Shown here piece after piece: positions 50,768 through 61,480 of a DNA stretch of 64,000 nucleotides; the stretch's first letter is position 1; every line of letters begins with the position of its first letter. The position numbers and the translations under genes are program-made. The stretch comes from an uncultured delta proteobacterium (GTDB lineage: Bacteria; Myxococcota_A; UBA9160; UBA4427), in the NCBI GenBank assembly GCA_963822965.1, contig CAWGJT010000010.1:928001-992000 (forward strand), read 5' to 3'. The notes beneath the pieces were generated by a model. It saw only the letters and a program-made list of their open reading frames with translations, did not search any database and was not told where the DNA came from.

Positions 50768-51859
50768 ATGCCCGGAGCTCGTCCCGTCTGCTCGCCCCAC
50801 CGCCGCGTCGGCGCGCGGGTCCCCACAGCCCTCGCGTTCGGGTTCTGCCTCGCCGGCCTGCTGCCCGCGGCCGCTTGGGCGCGCTCGGAGATCGCCGTCT
50901 GGGTGCACCCGATGCCCTGCCAGGTGGACAGCTTCGAGCTCCGCTGGGGGGCGTCGCCCGACGCGCTCACGAACGTGCGGAACGTCGGAAGACCGCGACA
51001 GGCGGGCCGCCAGTTCAGCTACGTCCTCGACGTCGCCGACGACGCGGAGATCTACGCGTGCGTCGCCGCGATCCGGGGCTCCCAGGTGAGCGCGTGCTCC
51101 AACGACCTGCTCTTCTCCCCCGCCGATCCCCAGGACCACCTCGACGATCCGGCGCCCCCGGAAGCGCAGCGGATGTACTGCGAGGACTTCACGGGCGGCA
51201 GCTTCCGGGCCCCCTGGCTGGATACGGCACCCGGCGGCAGCATGGTCCCCGACGATTCGCTCTTCGACGTGGTCGATCTCGGGGGCTCGAACTACGTGCT
51301 CCAGACCAGCTCGGCGCAGCGGGACATCCACTCCCACTTCCTGGGCACCAGCATGCAGGGCGTCCCCGCGCTTCAGTGGCAGCGCTACGAGCTGAGCGGC
51401 GAGATGATGATCACGGACGCCACGGGCAGCGTCGGCGTCACCGTCTACAGTCGCTACAACCAGGCGCCCGACTACTACCGGCTCGGCTACGCACCCGGCG
51501 GGGCGTTCCGGCTCGAACGCGACTACGCCGACCCGAGCTTCCACTGCACCGAGGCTTCGACGGGGATCTCCGCACTGCCCAACGTCTGGTATGCGTTTCG
51601 CGTTCGCGCCCGGGAGACCGACCAGGGCACCGCGATCCAGGCGAAGGTCTGGCCCGCGGACCAGCGAGAGCCTTCCGGATTTCGCCAGGCCTCGTGCGTG
51701 GACGTCCACCCGTCCCGCGCCCTCTCCGGCGCCATCGGCGTGTGGAGCGCGGGCGGCGGGGCCAAGCGCTGGGACGACCTCTCGGTGTCGAGCGTGCCCA
51801 CGGTGCCGCTGCCCACCGACCCCATCGGCCAGGCCGGGAAGCCCGAGCTGGTGCGCTAG
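50768..51859 (+). CDS. Secreted protein, FN3-like plus beta-sandwich/lectin-like domain
   Basis: Signal peptide, beta-rich sequence, KVWPA..REP...GAIGVW. Confidence 0.6.
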   Translation: MPGARPVCSPHRRVGARVPTALAFGFCLAGLLPAAAWARSEIAVWVHPMPCQVDSFELRWGASPDALTNVRNVGRPRQAGRQFSYVLDVADDAEIYACVAAIRGSQVSACSNDLLFSPADPQDHLDDPAPPEAQRMYCEDFTGGSFRAPWLDTAPGGSMVPDDSLFDVVDLGGSNYVLQTSSAQRDIHSHFLGTSMQGVPALQWQRYELSGEMMITDATGSVGVTVYSRYNQAPDYYRLGYAPGGAFRLERDYADPSFHCTEASTGISALPNVWYAFRVRARETDQGTAIQAKVWPADQREPSGFRQASCVDVHPSRALSGAIGVWSAGGGAKRWDDLSVSSVPTVPLPTDPIGQAGKPELVR

Positions 51860-51904
51860 CGACTCCGCTCCGGCGTGCGGCCGGTCGCCGAGCCCGCACC
51901 GCGC

Positions 51905-52111
51905 TCAGAACAGCGTGTAGATGAACGGCGCCGCCGCCGTGCCGCCGAGCAGCACGAGCGCACCGAGCAGGAGCACCGAGACGATGATCGGTGCCAGCCA
52001 CCACTTCTTGTTCTGACCGAGGAACTCGACGAACTCGCCCAAAAGGCTGGTGCGCCCCTCCTGGGTGGCCTGTGCGGCGAAGTCGTCCTCGGTGCCCTGA
52101 TCGTCCGACAT
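51905..52111 (-). CDS. DUF5989 (SxtK-like) small membrane protein
   Basis: KKWWLAPII...AAPFIYTLF. Confidence 0.88.
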   Translation of the reverse strand: MSDDQGTEDDFAAQATQEGRTSLLGEFVEFLGQNKKWWLAPIIVSVLLLGALVLLGGTAAAPFIYTLF

Positions 52112-52160
52112 GGGTCTCTCTCCTGCTCTGAATCTGCAGCCTGGGGCGCGGTTTCGCGGC

Positions 52161-52607
52161 TCAGAACTGCTTGAAGTAGCTCGCTCGTGGTCGTGCGGGG
52201 GGTGTGTCGACCCAGTAGCTCCCGGCTTCGGGGAGGATGCGACGCTCCATCGGGTCCGCGCCCAGCAGGCGCAGCACGAACCCGACCGGGGCGATGATCA
52301 GGTAGAAGAGCGTTCCCATGATCACGTACGAGAGAACGAAGCCGATGGGATAGGTCGCGATGCTGATCGCCAGGTAGATCGGCAGGTTCGCCTTGGGAAA
52401 CACGAGCGAGAAGAAGCCCGACACCAGGGCCACCGCCGCGAACGCCGCCGCGACCGGAACCCTCGCCGCGCCGAGGCCGACGGAGAAGATCAGCACCTCG
52501 AACCACGCGATCGTGGCCACGAATCCGAAGCCCGCCACCGCGATGAAGCCGAAGCTTCGAAGCGTGCGCGCGTCGGGGCGGAGGTTGAGCTCGATCATCT
52601 TGGACAT
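52161..52607 (-). CDS. SxtJ-family membrane protein
   Basis: LRSFG, PIGFVLS, FYLIIAPVG, DP, SYW, YFKQF. Confidence 0.85.
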   Translation of the reverse strand: MSKMIELNLRPDARTLRSFGFIAVAGFGFVATIAWFEVLIFSVGLGAARVPVAAAFAAVALVSGFFSLVFPKANLPIYLAISIATYPIGFVLSYVIMGTLFYLIIAPVGFVLRLLGADPMERRILPEAGSYWVDTPPARPRASYFKQF

Positions 52608-52701
52608 GTGCTGGGTCCTGACGTCTCGGGAGGCCGTACGGTTCCCGGTTGGGTGGCTTTCGGGCCTGGCCTCCGCCCGGCAGGGCGGAGCACGACCCGG
52701 T

Positions 52702-54534
52702 GCAATCGAGGGCGAACTCGGCCAGGTAGGCCTCGAGGTCGATCTCCTTGGCGTTCGGCTGGTCCTTCTTCAGCAGGAGGCAGTTCTCCAGCACCAGCGC
52801 GTCCATGTTCGTGTGCATGAAGCAGCGGTAGGCGTCCTGCGGGCGTGTTGACGATCGGCTCGCCGCGCACGTTGAAGCTCGTGTTGATCAGGACCGGGCT
52901 CCCGGTCTTCTCCTTGAACGCCCGCAGGATCTTGTAGAAGCGCGGGTGGCGCTCCGGGTCGATGGTCTGGACCCGCGCCGAGTTGTCCACGTGGGTGATC
53001 GCGGGCACCACCGAACGGACCTGCTTCAGCTTGTCGAGGCCCTGGACGCTGTTCTCGTCGTACTGCAGCAGCTTCTCCTTGCGGACCGGCGCCACCATGA
53101 GCATGTAGGGGCTGTCCTCGTTCGGACGCATCTCGAAGTACTCGTCCACGTCCTCCCGCAGCACCGCCGGCGCAAAGGGCCGGAACGACTCGCGGAACTT
53201 GATCTTCAGGTTCATGACCGACTGCATCTTCGTGGAGCGCGCATCGCCCAGGATCGAGCGGGACCCGAGGGCGCGCGGGCCGAACTCCATGCGCCCGGCG
53301 CAGTGTCCGACCACCTGCTCGCCGGCGATCAGCTCTGCGATCCGGTCGACCACCTCGTCCTCGGACTCGTAGCAGGTGTAGACGGCGTTCTGGGCGTCCA
53401 GGTACTCGCGGATCTCGGCGTTCGAGTAGCGCGGGCCCAGCAGCGATCCCTGCTGGGAGTCGTAAGGCTGCGCGATCCGTTCCTTGTCGAGCAGCTGGTG
53501 CCACACGAAGAGCGCGGCGCCGAGCGCGCCGCCGGCATCGCCCGCGGCGGGCTGGACCCAGACCTCGTCGAACGGGCCCTCGCGCAGAATGCGGCCGTTG
53601 GCGACGCAGTTCAGTGCGACGCCCGCCCGCCATCGTGAGCTTGCTGGCGCCGGTGACCTCGTGGGCGTGGCGCGCGATGCGCAGGACGATCTCTTCGGTC
53701 ACCACCTGGATCGAGGCGGCGATGTCCATCTCGCGCTGGGAGATCGCGGTCTCGGCCGTGCGCGGCGGACCCCCGAAGAGGCCCTCCATCTTCTTCGACG
53801 TCATCACGTCGTCGTTGCAGTAGCCGAAGTAGGACATGTCGAGCCGGAAGGAGCCGTCGTCCTTCAGGTCGAGGAGCTTGTCGAGGATGAGGTCGCGGTA
53901 GACGGGCTCGCCGTACGGGGCGAGGCCCATCAGCTTGTACTCCCCGCTGTTGACCCTGAAGCCGGTGAAGTAGGTCATGGCGGAGTAGAGCAAGCCGAGG
54001 GAGTGCGGGAAGCGCAGCTCCTTCTTCATCTCGATCTTGTTGCCGCGCCCGAGCGCGATGCTGCCGGTCGCCCACTCGCCGACGCCGTCGAGGGTGAGGA
54101 TCGGCCGCCTCCTCGAACGGGGACGGAAAGAACGCGCTGGCGGCGTGCGACTCGTGGTGCGCCATGAACACGTAGCGGCCCTTGTAGTGGCCCGAGAGAC
54201 CCCGATCCAGCTCGCGCGGGGTGTAGAGCTTCTCCTTCAGCCACAGGGGCAATCCCATCAGGAAGAGCTTGAAGCCGCTCGGCGCGTAGGCGATGTAGGT
54301 CTCGAGGATGCGGTCGAACTTGAGGAGCGGCTTGTCGTAGAAGGCGACCAGGTCGAGCTCGCCGGGGGTGATCCCGCCTTCCTCCAGGCAGTAGTCGATG
54401 GCGTGCTTCGGGAAGTCGAAGTCGTGCTTCTTGCGCGTGAAGCGCTCTTCCTGGGCGGCCGCGACGATGCGCCCGTCCTGGACGAGGCAGGCGGCGCTGT
54501 CGTGGTAGAAAGCGGAGATTCCGAGAATGTTCAT
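52702..54534 (-). CDS. NodU/CmcH-family carbamoyltransferase (frameshifted)
   Basis: GISAFYHDSAA, EERFTRKKH, HHESHAASAF, GEYKLMGLAPYG, EFGPRALG.RS, KFRESFRPFAP, NTSFNVRGEP. End approximate. Confidence 0.92.
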
Positions 54535-54694
54535 CTGTTCCGTGCCCTTCCCTGCAGCGCTTGCCGGTCCCGCAACACCGTTCGCCCGGCCGCTCCCGCC
54601 CCACTCGTCGGCACGACGGCACGCCCGCCTGCGCGAAAGTCGCTCTCGTCCGGCCTCCGGAGCCCGCCGCGGGCCGCTCCGCTCCATCCCGGGC

Positions 54695-54761
54695 GCGAAG
54701 AGCCTTCAGCCGCGCGAAGAGCCTTCAGCCTTGCGAAGAGCCTTCAGCCGCCCGAAGAGCC
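54695..54761. repeat. 19-bp period tandem repeat (3.5 copies)
   Basis: GCGAAGAGCCTTCAGCC-NN at 54695, 54714, 54733, partial at 54752; lies between divergent genes. Confidence 0.9.
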
Positions 54762-54987
54762 GTCGGTCGCGCGCCAAGGACTCAGCATAGCCGCACCCGG
54801 ATTTCGCGCGCGAAGGAGGCGCCCTGGTGAGTGACCCCTGGAGACGAAAGGGGGACATCCCTGCGGGGATCCGGCGCCTGGAGCCCGACGAAGATCCGGA
54901 GCCCCTGGCGTTCCTCGCACCGCGACGCAGGCCGATCCATCCTGGGTCGGCCCTGCTAGCCTGCCGGCCCGACAACCCCGGTCCCTC

Positions 54988-56181
54988 GTGAAGCCCACCG
55001 TCGTCAAGCTCGTCAACCCGATCCAGCACTACGCCTGGGGGTCCCATGCGGCCATCGCGCAGCTGCAGGGAAGACCCAGCCCCAGTCCGCGCCCGGAAGC
55101 GGAGCTCTGGATCGGCGACCATCCCGTGGCGCCCTCGTCGGTCCTCGAAGGCGGCCCGGCGCTCGCCCTGCCCGACTGGATCGCCCGGGATCCGACCGGT
55201 GTGCTCGGCCCCGGGCACGAGCACCTGCCCTTCCTGGCGAAGATCCTGGCGGCGGAACGCTCGCTCTCGGTCCAGGTCCACCCGGACGCCGGTCAGGCCC
55301 GCCGGGGCTTCGAGCGGGAGGAGCGTCTCGGGGTCGCCGTGGAGCGGCGCTGCTATCGGGACGCCAATGCCAAGCACGAGGTGCTGGTGGCGCTCTCGAC
55401 CTTCGAGGCCCTGTGCGGCTTTCGAAGCGACCCGGCCGTCGAGGACGGTCTCGGCGCCCTTTCGAGCCCGACGTTGCGAGCCCTGGTCGAGGAGGTCCGT
55501 GGCACCGGCGCCTCGGCCTCAGCGCCCCTCGCCGTCGCGCTCTTCCATCGGCTGCAGCGCCTCGCGCCGGGCGAGCGTGCTTCGCTCGCCGAGGACGTTG
55601 CTCGTTTCGCCCGGTCGGGGGATTCCAGCGAGGCGCGGTGGACGAGCCGGCTCCAGTCGGAGCACCCGGGCGATCCGCTGTGTCTCGTTCCCCTGCTCAT
55701 GAACCGCGTGGTCCTCGCGCCCGGGGAGGGTCTGGTGGTCCGCCCTGGGACCGTCCACGCCTACCTGTCCGGCAACGGGGTGGAGGTGATGACCCGGTCG
55801 GACAACGTGGTGCGGGGCGGCCTCACCCGCAAGCACGTGGATCCCGACGAGCTGCGCGAGGTGACCGCGAGCCGGGCGGAGCCGGCCGAGGTGGTGCGGG
55901 GTGTCGCCCGTGAAGCGGGGAGCTGGGAGTATGCGACCGGCACCCGGGCGTTCGCGCTGTCGGTGCTGCGGCCGGCTCGAACCCTCGATCGGGCAGGCGG
56001 AAGCGTCCGGGTGCTCGTGTGCGTGGAGGGTGCCGTCGAGGTTCGGGCGGGCGCCGACGTCGTCGGCGTCCCCCTGGCCCCGGGCGAGGCGGCCCTCGTT
56101 GCAGCCGGCGTCGAACGCTACCGACTGCTGGGAAGCGCTCCGGACAGCCGCGTCTTCGAGGTCTCCGGCGCTTCGCGGTAA
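54988..56181 (+). CDS. manA: Mannose-6-phosphate isomerase, class I
   Basis: [49 protein letters not shown]. Confidence 0.92.
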   Translation: MKPTVVKLVNPIQHYAWGSHAAIAQLQGRPSPSPRPEAELWIGDHPVAPSSVLEGGPALALPDWIARDPTGVLGPGHEHLPFLAKILAAERSLSVQVHPDAGQARRGFEREERLGVAVERRCYRDANAKHEVLVALSTFEALCGFRSDPAVEDGLGALSSPTLRALVEEVRGTGASASAPLAVALFHRLQRLAPGERASLAEDVARFARSGDSSEARWTSRLQSEHPGDPLCLVPLLMNRVVLAPGEGLVVRPGTVHAYLSGNGVEVMTRSDNVVRGGLTRKHVDPDELREVTASRAEPAEVVRGVAREAGSWEYATGTRAFALSVLRPARTLDRAGGSVRVLVCVEGAVEVRAGADVVGVPLAPGEAALVAAGVERYRLLGSAPDSRVFEVSGASR

Positions 56182-56315
56182 GCTTGCGCTCGCCGCACGA
56201 CCGGCCGATCAGGCAGTTCGTGCGATCCCTTGGCCCGAAGCCGGGGATCGCACGGCGGCGCGCTCCGCGGCGGAGCTCGAGGCTCGCGCGGCCGGAGGCC
56301 GCAGAAGGGGTACGC

Positions 56316-57275
56316 GTGAGGAAGTACAGCCGAAAGCGAATCCTCGTCACCGGGGGGGCCGGCTTCCTGGGCTCCCACCTGTGCGACCGGCTGATCGAGC
56401 GCGGCGACGAGGTGCTCTGCGTCGACAACTTCTACACCGGCGCCAAGGAGAACATCGCCCATCTCCTGGGCAATTCGCGCTTCGAGCTCATCCGGCACGA
56501 CATCACCTTCCCGCTGTACCTGGAGGTGGACGAGATCTACAACCTGGCCTGCCCCGCGTCGCCCGTGGACTACCAGAACGACCCGATCCAGACCACCAAG
56601 ACGAGCGTCCACGGCGCGATCAACATGCTCGGGCTCGCCAAACGGGTGAAGGCCCGCATCTTCCAGGCGTCGACGAGCGAGGTCTACGGCGATCCGCAGG
56701 TGCATCCGCAGCCCGAGAGCTATTGGGGACACGTGAACCCCATCGGCGTGCGCTCCTGCTACGACGAGGGCAAGCGCTGCGCGGAGACGCTCTTCTTCGA
56801 CTACCACCGACAGGTGGGACTCGAGATCAAGGTGGCCCGGATCTTCAACACCTACGGTCCGCGAATGCACCCGGCCGACGGTCGCGTGGTCACGAACTTC
56901 ATCGTGCCGGCGCTCAAGAACGAGCCGATCACCATCTACGGGACGGGCGAGCAGACCCGCTCGTTCTGCTACGTGGACGACCTGATCGAAGGCTTCCTGC
57001 GCCTGATGGACTCGCCGGCGGCCTTCACGGGGCCCGTGAACCTCGGCAACCCCGGCGAGTTCACCATGCGCGAGCTGGCCGATCTGGTGCTGCGCCTCAC
57101 CGGGTCGCGTTCCGAGATCCGCTTCGGTCCGCTCCCGAGCGACGATCCCACCCAGCGCCGGCCGGACGTCCGCCTCGCCCGGGAGCACCTGGACTGGGTA
57201 CCGGAGACGCCCCTCGAGGAGGGGCTCCGGAAGACCATCGGCTACTTCGAGAAGCTGGTCGGGAAGCGCGCTTGA
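56316..57275 (+). CDS. uxs: UDP-glucuronate decarboxylase (UDP-xylose synthase) family
   Basis: [45 protein letters not shown]. Confidence 0.92.
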   Translation: MRKYSRKRILVTGGAGFLGSHLCDRLIERGDEVLCVDNFYTGAKENIAHLLGNSRFELIRHDITFPLYLEVDEIYNLACPASPVDYQNDPIQTTKTSVHGAINMLGLAKRVKARIFQASTSEVYGDPQVHPQPESYWGHVNPIGVRSCYDEGKRCAETLFFDYHRQVGLEIKVARIFNTYGPRMHPADGRVVTNFIVPALKNEPITIYGTGEQTRSFCYVDDLIEGFLRLMDSPAAFTGPVNLGNPGEFTMRELADLVLRLTGSRSEIRFGPLPSDDPTQRRPDVRLAREHLDWVPETPLEEGLRKTIGYFEKLVGKRA

Positions 57276-58009
57276 ACGTCGTCCTGCTCGGCGCCACCCG
57301 CGGCATGGGGCGCGCAGTGGCGCGGTGCATGGCGGCGCGGGGCGATCGGCTCTTCCTGCTGGGACGCTCGCCCGAGGAGCTGACGCGGAGCGCCGCGGAT
57401 CTCGAGATTCGCGGGGCGGCCGGCACGGCGGGAACCGCGACGTGCGACCTGCTGGACCCGGCGAGCTTCGGCCCCGCGCTGGATTCGGCGTTCGAAGCCC
57501 TGGCCGACGTCGACTGCGTCGTCGTGACGGCCGGGCTCTTCGCGACGCAGGAAGCGCTGGAGAACGATCCCGACCAGCTCGCCAGGCTGCTGCAGGCCGA
57601 CTTCACCGGCACCATCGGCTTCTGCGAGGAGGCCCGCAAACGGCTGCTGCGAGCCGGGGGCGGCACCCTGTGCGTCTTCTCGTCCGTCGCCGGCGACCGC
57701 GCCCGCAAGCCGGTCGTGCTCTACGGCGCCGCGAAGGCGGGACTCAGCCACTACCTCGAGGGTCTCGACCACCGCTTCCACGGGCAGGGGCTCGTCGTGG
57801 TCACCGTGAAGCCCGGCTTCGTGAGGACGGGCATGACCGCCGACCTCGATCCGCCGCCCTTCGCGGGGGAGCCCGAGGCCGTGGCGGCCACCGTGCTGCG
57901 AGCCATCGATCGCGGCCGTCCGGTCGTCTACGCCCCGCCGATCTGGCGCCTCGTCCTGGGAGTGATCCGATTGCTGCCCCGGAGCGTCATGAGACGCCTG
58001 TCGTTCTAG
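57272..58009 (+). CDS. SDR oxidoreductase (DprE2-like)
   Basis: TTGA overlap; LLGAT, SSVAGDR, YGAAKAG, VKPGFV.T.MT. Confidence 0.8.
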   Translation: MNVVLLGATRGMGRAVARCMAARGDRLFLLGRSPEELTRSAADLEIRGAAGTAGTATCDLLDPASFGPALDSAFEALADVDCVVVTAGLFATQEALENDPDQLARLLQADFTGTIGFCEEARKRLLRAGGGTLCVFSSVAGDRARKPVVLYGAAKAGLSHYLEGLDHRFHGQGLVVVTVKPGFVRTGMTADLDPPPFAGEPEAVAATVLRAIDRGRPVVYAPPIWRLVLGVIRLLPRSVMRRLSF

Positions 58010-58078
58010 CGTTGCAGTCCCCGCCTGCGGCGGGTCGTTCTGCAGTGAAGCGGGACCAGTGGCTCGACGAGCCCGGCA

Positions 58079-58363
58079 TCACTTCTTGAACAGCGATTCC
58101 AGATCCGAGATGGCGCTCTTCCGGGTCGCCCCGGAGCCCCCCTGCGCGTCGCCGGGCCGGAAGTACTCGCAGCGATTCGCGCGCTCGCGGTCGTCGACCC
58201 GCTCGCTGTTGGACTCGCGACACTCGTTGTAGGCGGTGGGATCGTGGTGGACGCAGTTGCGGCACACGTGGAGATCGGCGCCGCAGCTGCTGCAATCGTC
58301 CCGGAAGCCGATGCGCTCGCCGGATGCCAGCGAAACCTCGGCGTTGCACGCGAAACAGTGCAT
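58079..58363 (-). CDS. Small Cys-rich zinc-binding hypothetical protein
   Basis: CFAC, CSSC, CRNC, C.E, NRCEYF in 94 aa. Confidence 0.75.
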   Translation of the reverse strand: MHCFACNAEVSLASGERIGFRDDCSSCGADLHVCRNCVHHDPTAYNECRESNSERVDDRERANRCEYFRPGDAQGGSGATRKSAISDLESLFKK

Positions 58364-58418
58364 CGCGTGCGATCGTGCCCCACGCGGCCTTCGGCTGTCA
58401 AGCGAGCAGCGAGCTGAT

Positions 58419-59090
58419 ATGCTGCGGCGCGTGGCGAAACGAACGCGTGCAGCCGTCGGGGCGTTGGCGCTTGCTGTGCTGTCGGTCGTCGCCCTTGCGC
58501 CCGCCGGGCCCGCCGGCGCCCAGGTGCCGGGCGCCTCGGAGCCGACGATCGCGGACATGGCGCTCGCCTGGGCGCGCGGTCGATTCGCGTCCCCCGTCAT
58601 CTGTCAGTTCGGCGACCGACCGGTACGCGGAATCCGGCGCGTCCTCATCACGCCCGGGCCGGCGCGCGTGCAGCCTCCGGTGGACCGCATCCTGTTCGTC
58701 GATCTCGACGTGAACGAGGCGAGCCGGTGCTTCGCGGAGCTGGCCGGAGACGTGCCGAACGTCGTCGGCTGGGTCCAGATCCGGCTGCCGGGGACCTTCC
58801 GGCCGGACCTGGCCCAACGGGAGTTCCGCGAGCAGCTGCGCCGCAAGCAGGGCTTCGAGTTCGAGATCCCGGCGGGCGGTCTCAAGCTGCAGACCGTGAC
58901 CCAGCCCCCCACGCCGGCCCGAACCGTGGACTTCGCGGGCGGCACCGCGAGCCTGCGCGAGATCGACCCCCGCAGCGACACCGGGCGCCTGCTGGCGCAG
59001 TTCAGCAGCCCGCGGAAGCTGCTGCTCGAGCTCTCGGCAAGAGATGGCACGAAGCTCTCGTTTCCGCTCTATATGACGGATTCGCACTGA
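58419..59090 (+). CDS. Secreted hypothetical protein
   Basis: Basic N-terminus and hydrophobic signal ending AGA; good codon usage. Confidence 0.65.
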   Translation: MLRRVAKRTRAAVGALALAVLSVVALAPAGPAGAQVPGASEPTIADMALAWARGRFASPVICQFGDRPVRGIRRVLITPGPARVQPPVDRILFVDLDVNEASRCFAELAGDVPNVVGWVQIRLPGTFRPDLAQREFREQLRRKQGFEFEIPAGGLKLQTVTQPPTPARTVDFAGGTASLREIDPRSDTGRLLAQFSSPRKLLLELSARDGTKLSFPLYMTDSH

Positions 59091-59177
59091 GGTCCGGCGC
59101 GGCCGCCACGTCCCGCCGGTCCGCCCGCCCCGTCGTCCCCCGTCAAGCCCGGGCCGGACGGCACCGATACGCCGGGC

Positions 59178-59504
59178 ATGTCCTCGCGTCGCAAGCCCAT
59201 CTACTCCGTCCTCGAGGACGACCTGGAGCTGCAGGAGCCGATCGACGCCTTCGTGGTCTCCCTGGCCGAGCGCATCGACGGCCTGCAGGATCTCCACTCC
59301 TCGGCCGAGTTCGAGCTTCTCGCCGAGGCGTGCGGCGCGCTCGGCGACGAGGCGCAGCGGCTGGGCTATCCCCTGATGGCGTCGGTGGCGCGGGTCGCCG
59401 CGGTCGCCTGTCGGGAGAACAAGGCCGACGCCAGCGAGGAGGCCCTGGTGGAGCTGACCGAGCTCAGCCAGCGCATCCGCCAGGCCCACCGCGGCGCGGC
59501 CTGA
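59178..59504 (+). CDS. Hpt-like helical protein lacking the phospho-His
   Basis: PIYS.L..D..L..PIDAFV..L.ER...LGYP pattern; EACGALGDEA occupies the AHxLKGxA position. Confidence 0.6.
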   Translation: MSSRRKPIYSVLEDDLELQEPIDAFVVSLAERIDGLQDLHSSAEFELLAEACGALGDEAQRLGYPLMASVARVAAVACRENKADASEEALVELTELSQRIRQAHRGAA

Positions 59505-59535
59505 TCGCGCCACACCGCCTTCACCTTGGACGGGC

Positions 59536-60321
59536 TCAGACGAAGAACCACAGGGACAGGGGCGCGCCGCTCGCATCCACGAAGCGGCCGCTCCAGAGCC
59601 AGGCCGCCAGCAGGATCGAGGCGTTCGTGGCTCCGTGGAGCACGATCACGGCGTAGAGGTCCTTGCGGTAATAGAACCAGAGGTTCGAGAGCGCCACCCA
59701 CGGAATCGCCACCCACCATTCCCAGGGTTGATGACCGAGGGTGAAGAGCACGACCGTCACGGTGAAGCTCTTCAGGGTGAAACGCGCGAGGGGAACCCGC
59801 CGGAAGTCCCCGCGGCGCTGGAACACCTCGCTGTAGCGCATCACGAAGCTGCGAATGAAGAGCTCTTCGAAGACCGGCGTGACGAGTGCGTACCCGAGCA
59901 TCCGCAGGCCCAGGGTCACGCCGACGAGGGACGGACCGAGCTGCTCCGGGTCGAAGGCCGCCGGATCGGCCGGTCGGATGGCGTCGAAGACCAAGTAGGG
60001 GGCCATCCAGAGGGCCGCGAGCGCGACGCCCACGATCGCGTCCAGGACCCGTCCGCCGGGTCCGAAGCCTACGCCGCGCAGCTCGGGGTACGCGCCGCGG
60101 GCCGCGAAGTAGACCAGGAGGCCCGCAGGCACCGCAGGCTTGGCCAGCAGGGCGACCCAGCCGCCGACCTCGGCGGGCAGCACCCGGCAGAGCTCCACGA
60201 CTCCGAGGAACGCAAAGTAGGGGAGCACGTACGGCCACCACCCGTGCCCCCTGGCGGCCCCGGCGCGGGTGCCCGGGTTCGGTCGCCCGGAAGACGGCCG
60301 GGCGGGGTTCGTCTCGCTCAC
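59536..60321 (-). CDS. CAAX prenyl protease-related (CPBP) protein, PEP-CTERM-associated type
   Basis: PYVLPY, PVFEELFIRSF, LFTLGH, HGATN. Confidence 0.85.
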   Translation of the reverse strand: MSETNPARPSSGRPNPGTRAGAARGHGWWPYVLPYFAFLGVVELCRVLPAEVGGWVALLAKPAVPAGLLVYFAARGAYPELRGVGFGPGGRVLDAIVGVALAALWMAPYLVFDAIRPADPAAFDPEQLGPSLVGVTLGLRMLGYALVTPVFEELFIRSFVMRYSEVFQRRGDFRRVPLARFTLKSFTVTVVLFTLGHQPWEWWVAIPWVALSNLWFYYRKDLYAVIVLHGATNASILLAAWLWSGRFVDASGAPLSLWFFV

Positions 60322-60415
60322 GGCTGCCTCGCCTCCTGGTTCCGGCCTGAGCCCGGACTCGACCACTTGGTATCAGCTCGCACGGGCGCTCGCATTCGGT
60401 CTACCCTGCCCCGCC

Positions 60416-61462
60416 ATGACCTCTAGCTCCCAGGACCGACCCGTCGGCATCGTCGTGAATCCCCTGTCCGGACGGGACGTCCGGCGGCTCGCGGCTCGCG
60501 CCGGCACGTCGACCCCCGAAGACAAGCGCAACCAGGTCCAGCGGATCATCGTGGGCGCGGCCGCGGGCGGCGCGCGCAAGGTCGTGCTCGTGCGCGACCC
60601 GTTCCGGATCGCGGACGCGGCGGTGGAGGCGCTCGGGGTCGAGGTGGAGACCCAGCTGCTGGATCTCGACACCCGTTGCCACCCGCGCGACACGCCGGCT
60701 GCCGCGGAGGCCATGCGCAAGTGCGGGTGCGGCGTCCCTGGTCGTGCTCGGCGGGCGACGGCACGAACCGGCAGATCGCACGCATCTGGCCGGACGCTCC
60801 GCTGGTCCCGGTCTCCACCGGCACCAACAACGTGTTTCCGAGCATGGTCGAGGCGACCCTCGCCGGCGCGGCGGCCGGGCTCGTCGCCTCCGGACGCATT
60901 CCGCTGGAGGCGGTGAGCCGCCCCGCCAAGGTGGTGCGGGTCGTCCATCGAAGGCGAGCCGGACGACCTGGCGCTGATCGACGCCGTGCTTCTCGTCGAC
61001 GACAGCGTGGGCAACCGCTTGCCCTTCGCCCCGGAGAACATCCGGCACATCGTCGTTTCGCGCGCCGATCCCTGCGCGGTGGGCATCTCGCCCGTGGCGG
61101 GGCTGCTGCATCCGACGAACGCCGACGACGAGCGGGGGGTCGAGGTGACGTGCGGCGAAGGGGGGGCCCCGCTGCTGGTGCCGATCTCGCCGGGCCTGTA
61201 TCGCCAGCTCTCCATCGTCGCCTCCCGCCCGCTCGAGCTTGGCGAGACGGTGACCTTCTGGGGTCCCGGGGTGCTGGCCTTCGACGGAGACCGGGAGCGC
61301 GTGCTCGCGGCGGGACGCAGCGCGCGGCTGTGGGTCGAGCGCTCGGGCCCCCGGGTGATCGACGTGCGGGCGACCCTCGAGGAGGCCGCCCGCCGGGGCT
61401 GCTACGCGGACGGAAGGCACTGGCACGACCACCGGACGTCCGTCTCCTCCACGTGCTGTTGA
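60416..61462 (+). CDS. ATP-NAD kinase / AcoX-like protein (frameshifted)
   Basis: NPLSGRDVRRL, GDGT, STGTNNVFP, LAFDGDRE, GP.VIDV over three frames. Confidence 0.8.
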
Positions 61463-61480
61463 CGTGGTAGGGTGACACCC

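Noticed and set aside
51905..54534. Saxitoxin biosynthesis (sxtIJK-like)
   Set aside because: No sxtA, sxtG or other core genes; the triplet is in a polysaccharide context.
54695..54761. Mini CRISPR array (also considered for 20711-20770, 35670-35715 and 48274-48369)
   Set aside because: Units abut with 0-2 nt between them, there are no unique spacers, and no cas genes are present.
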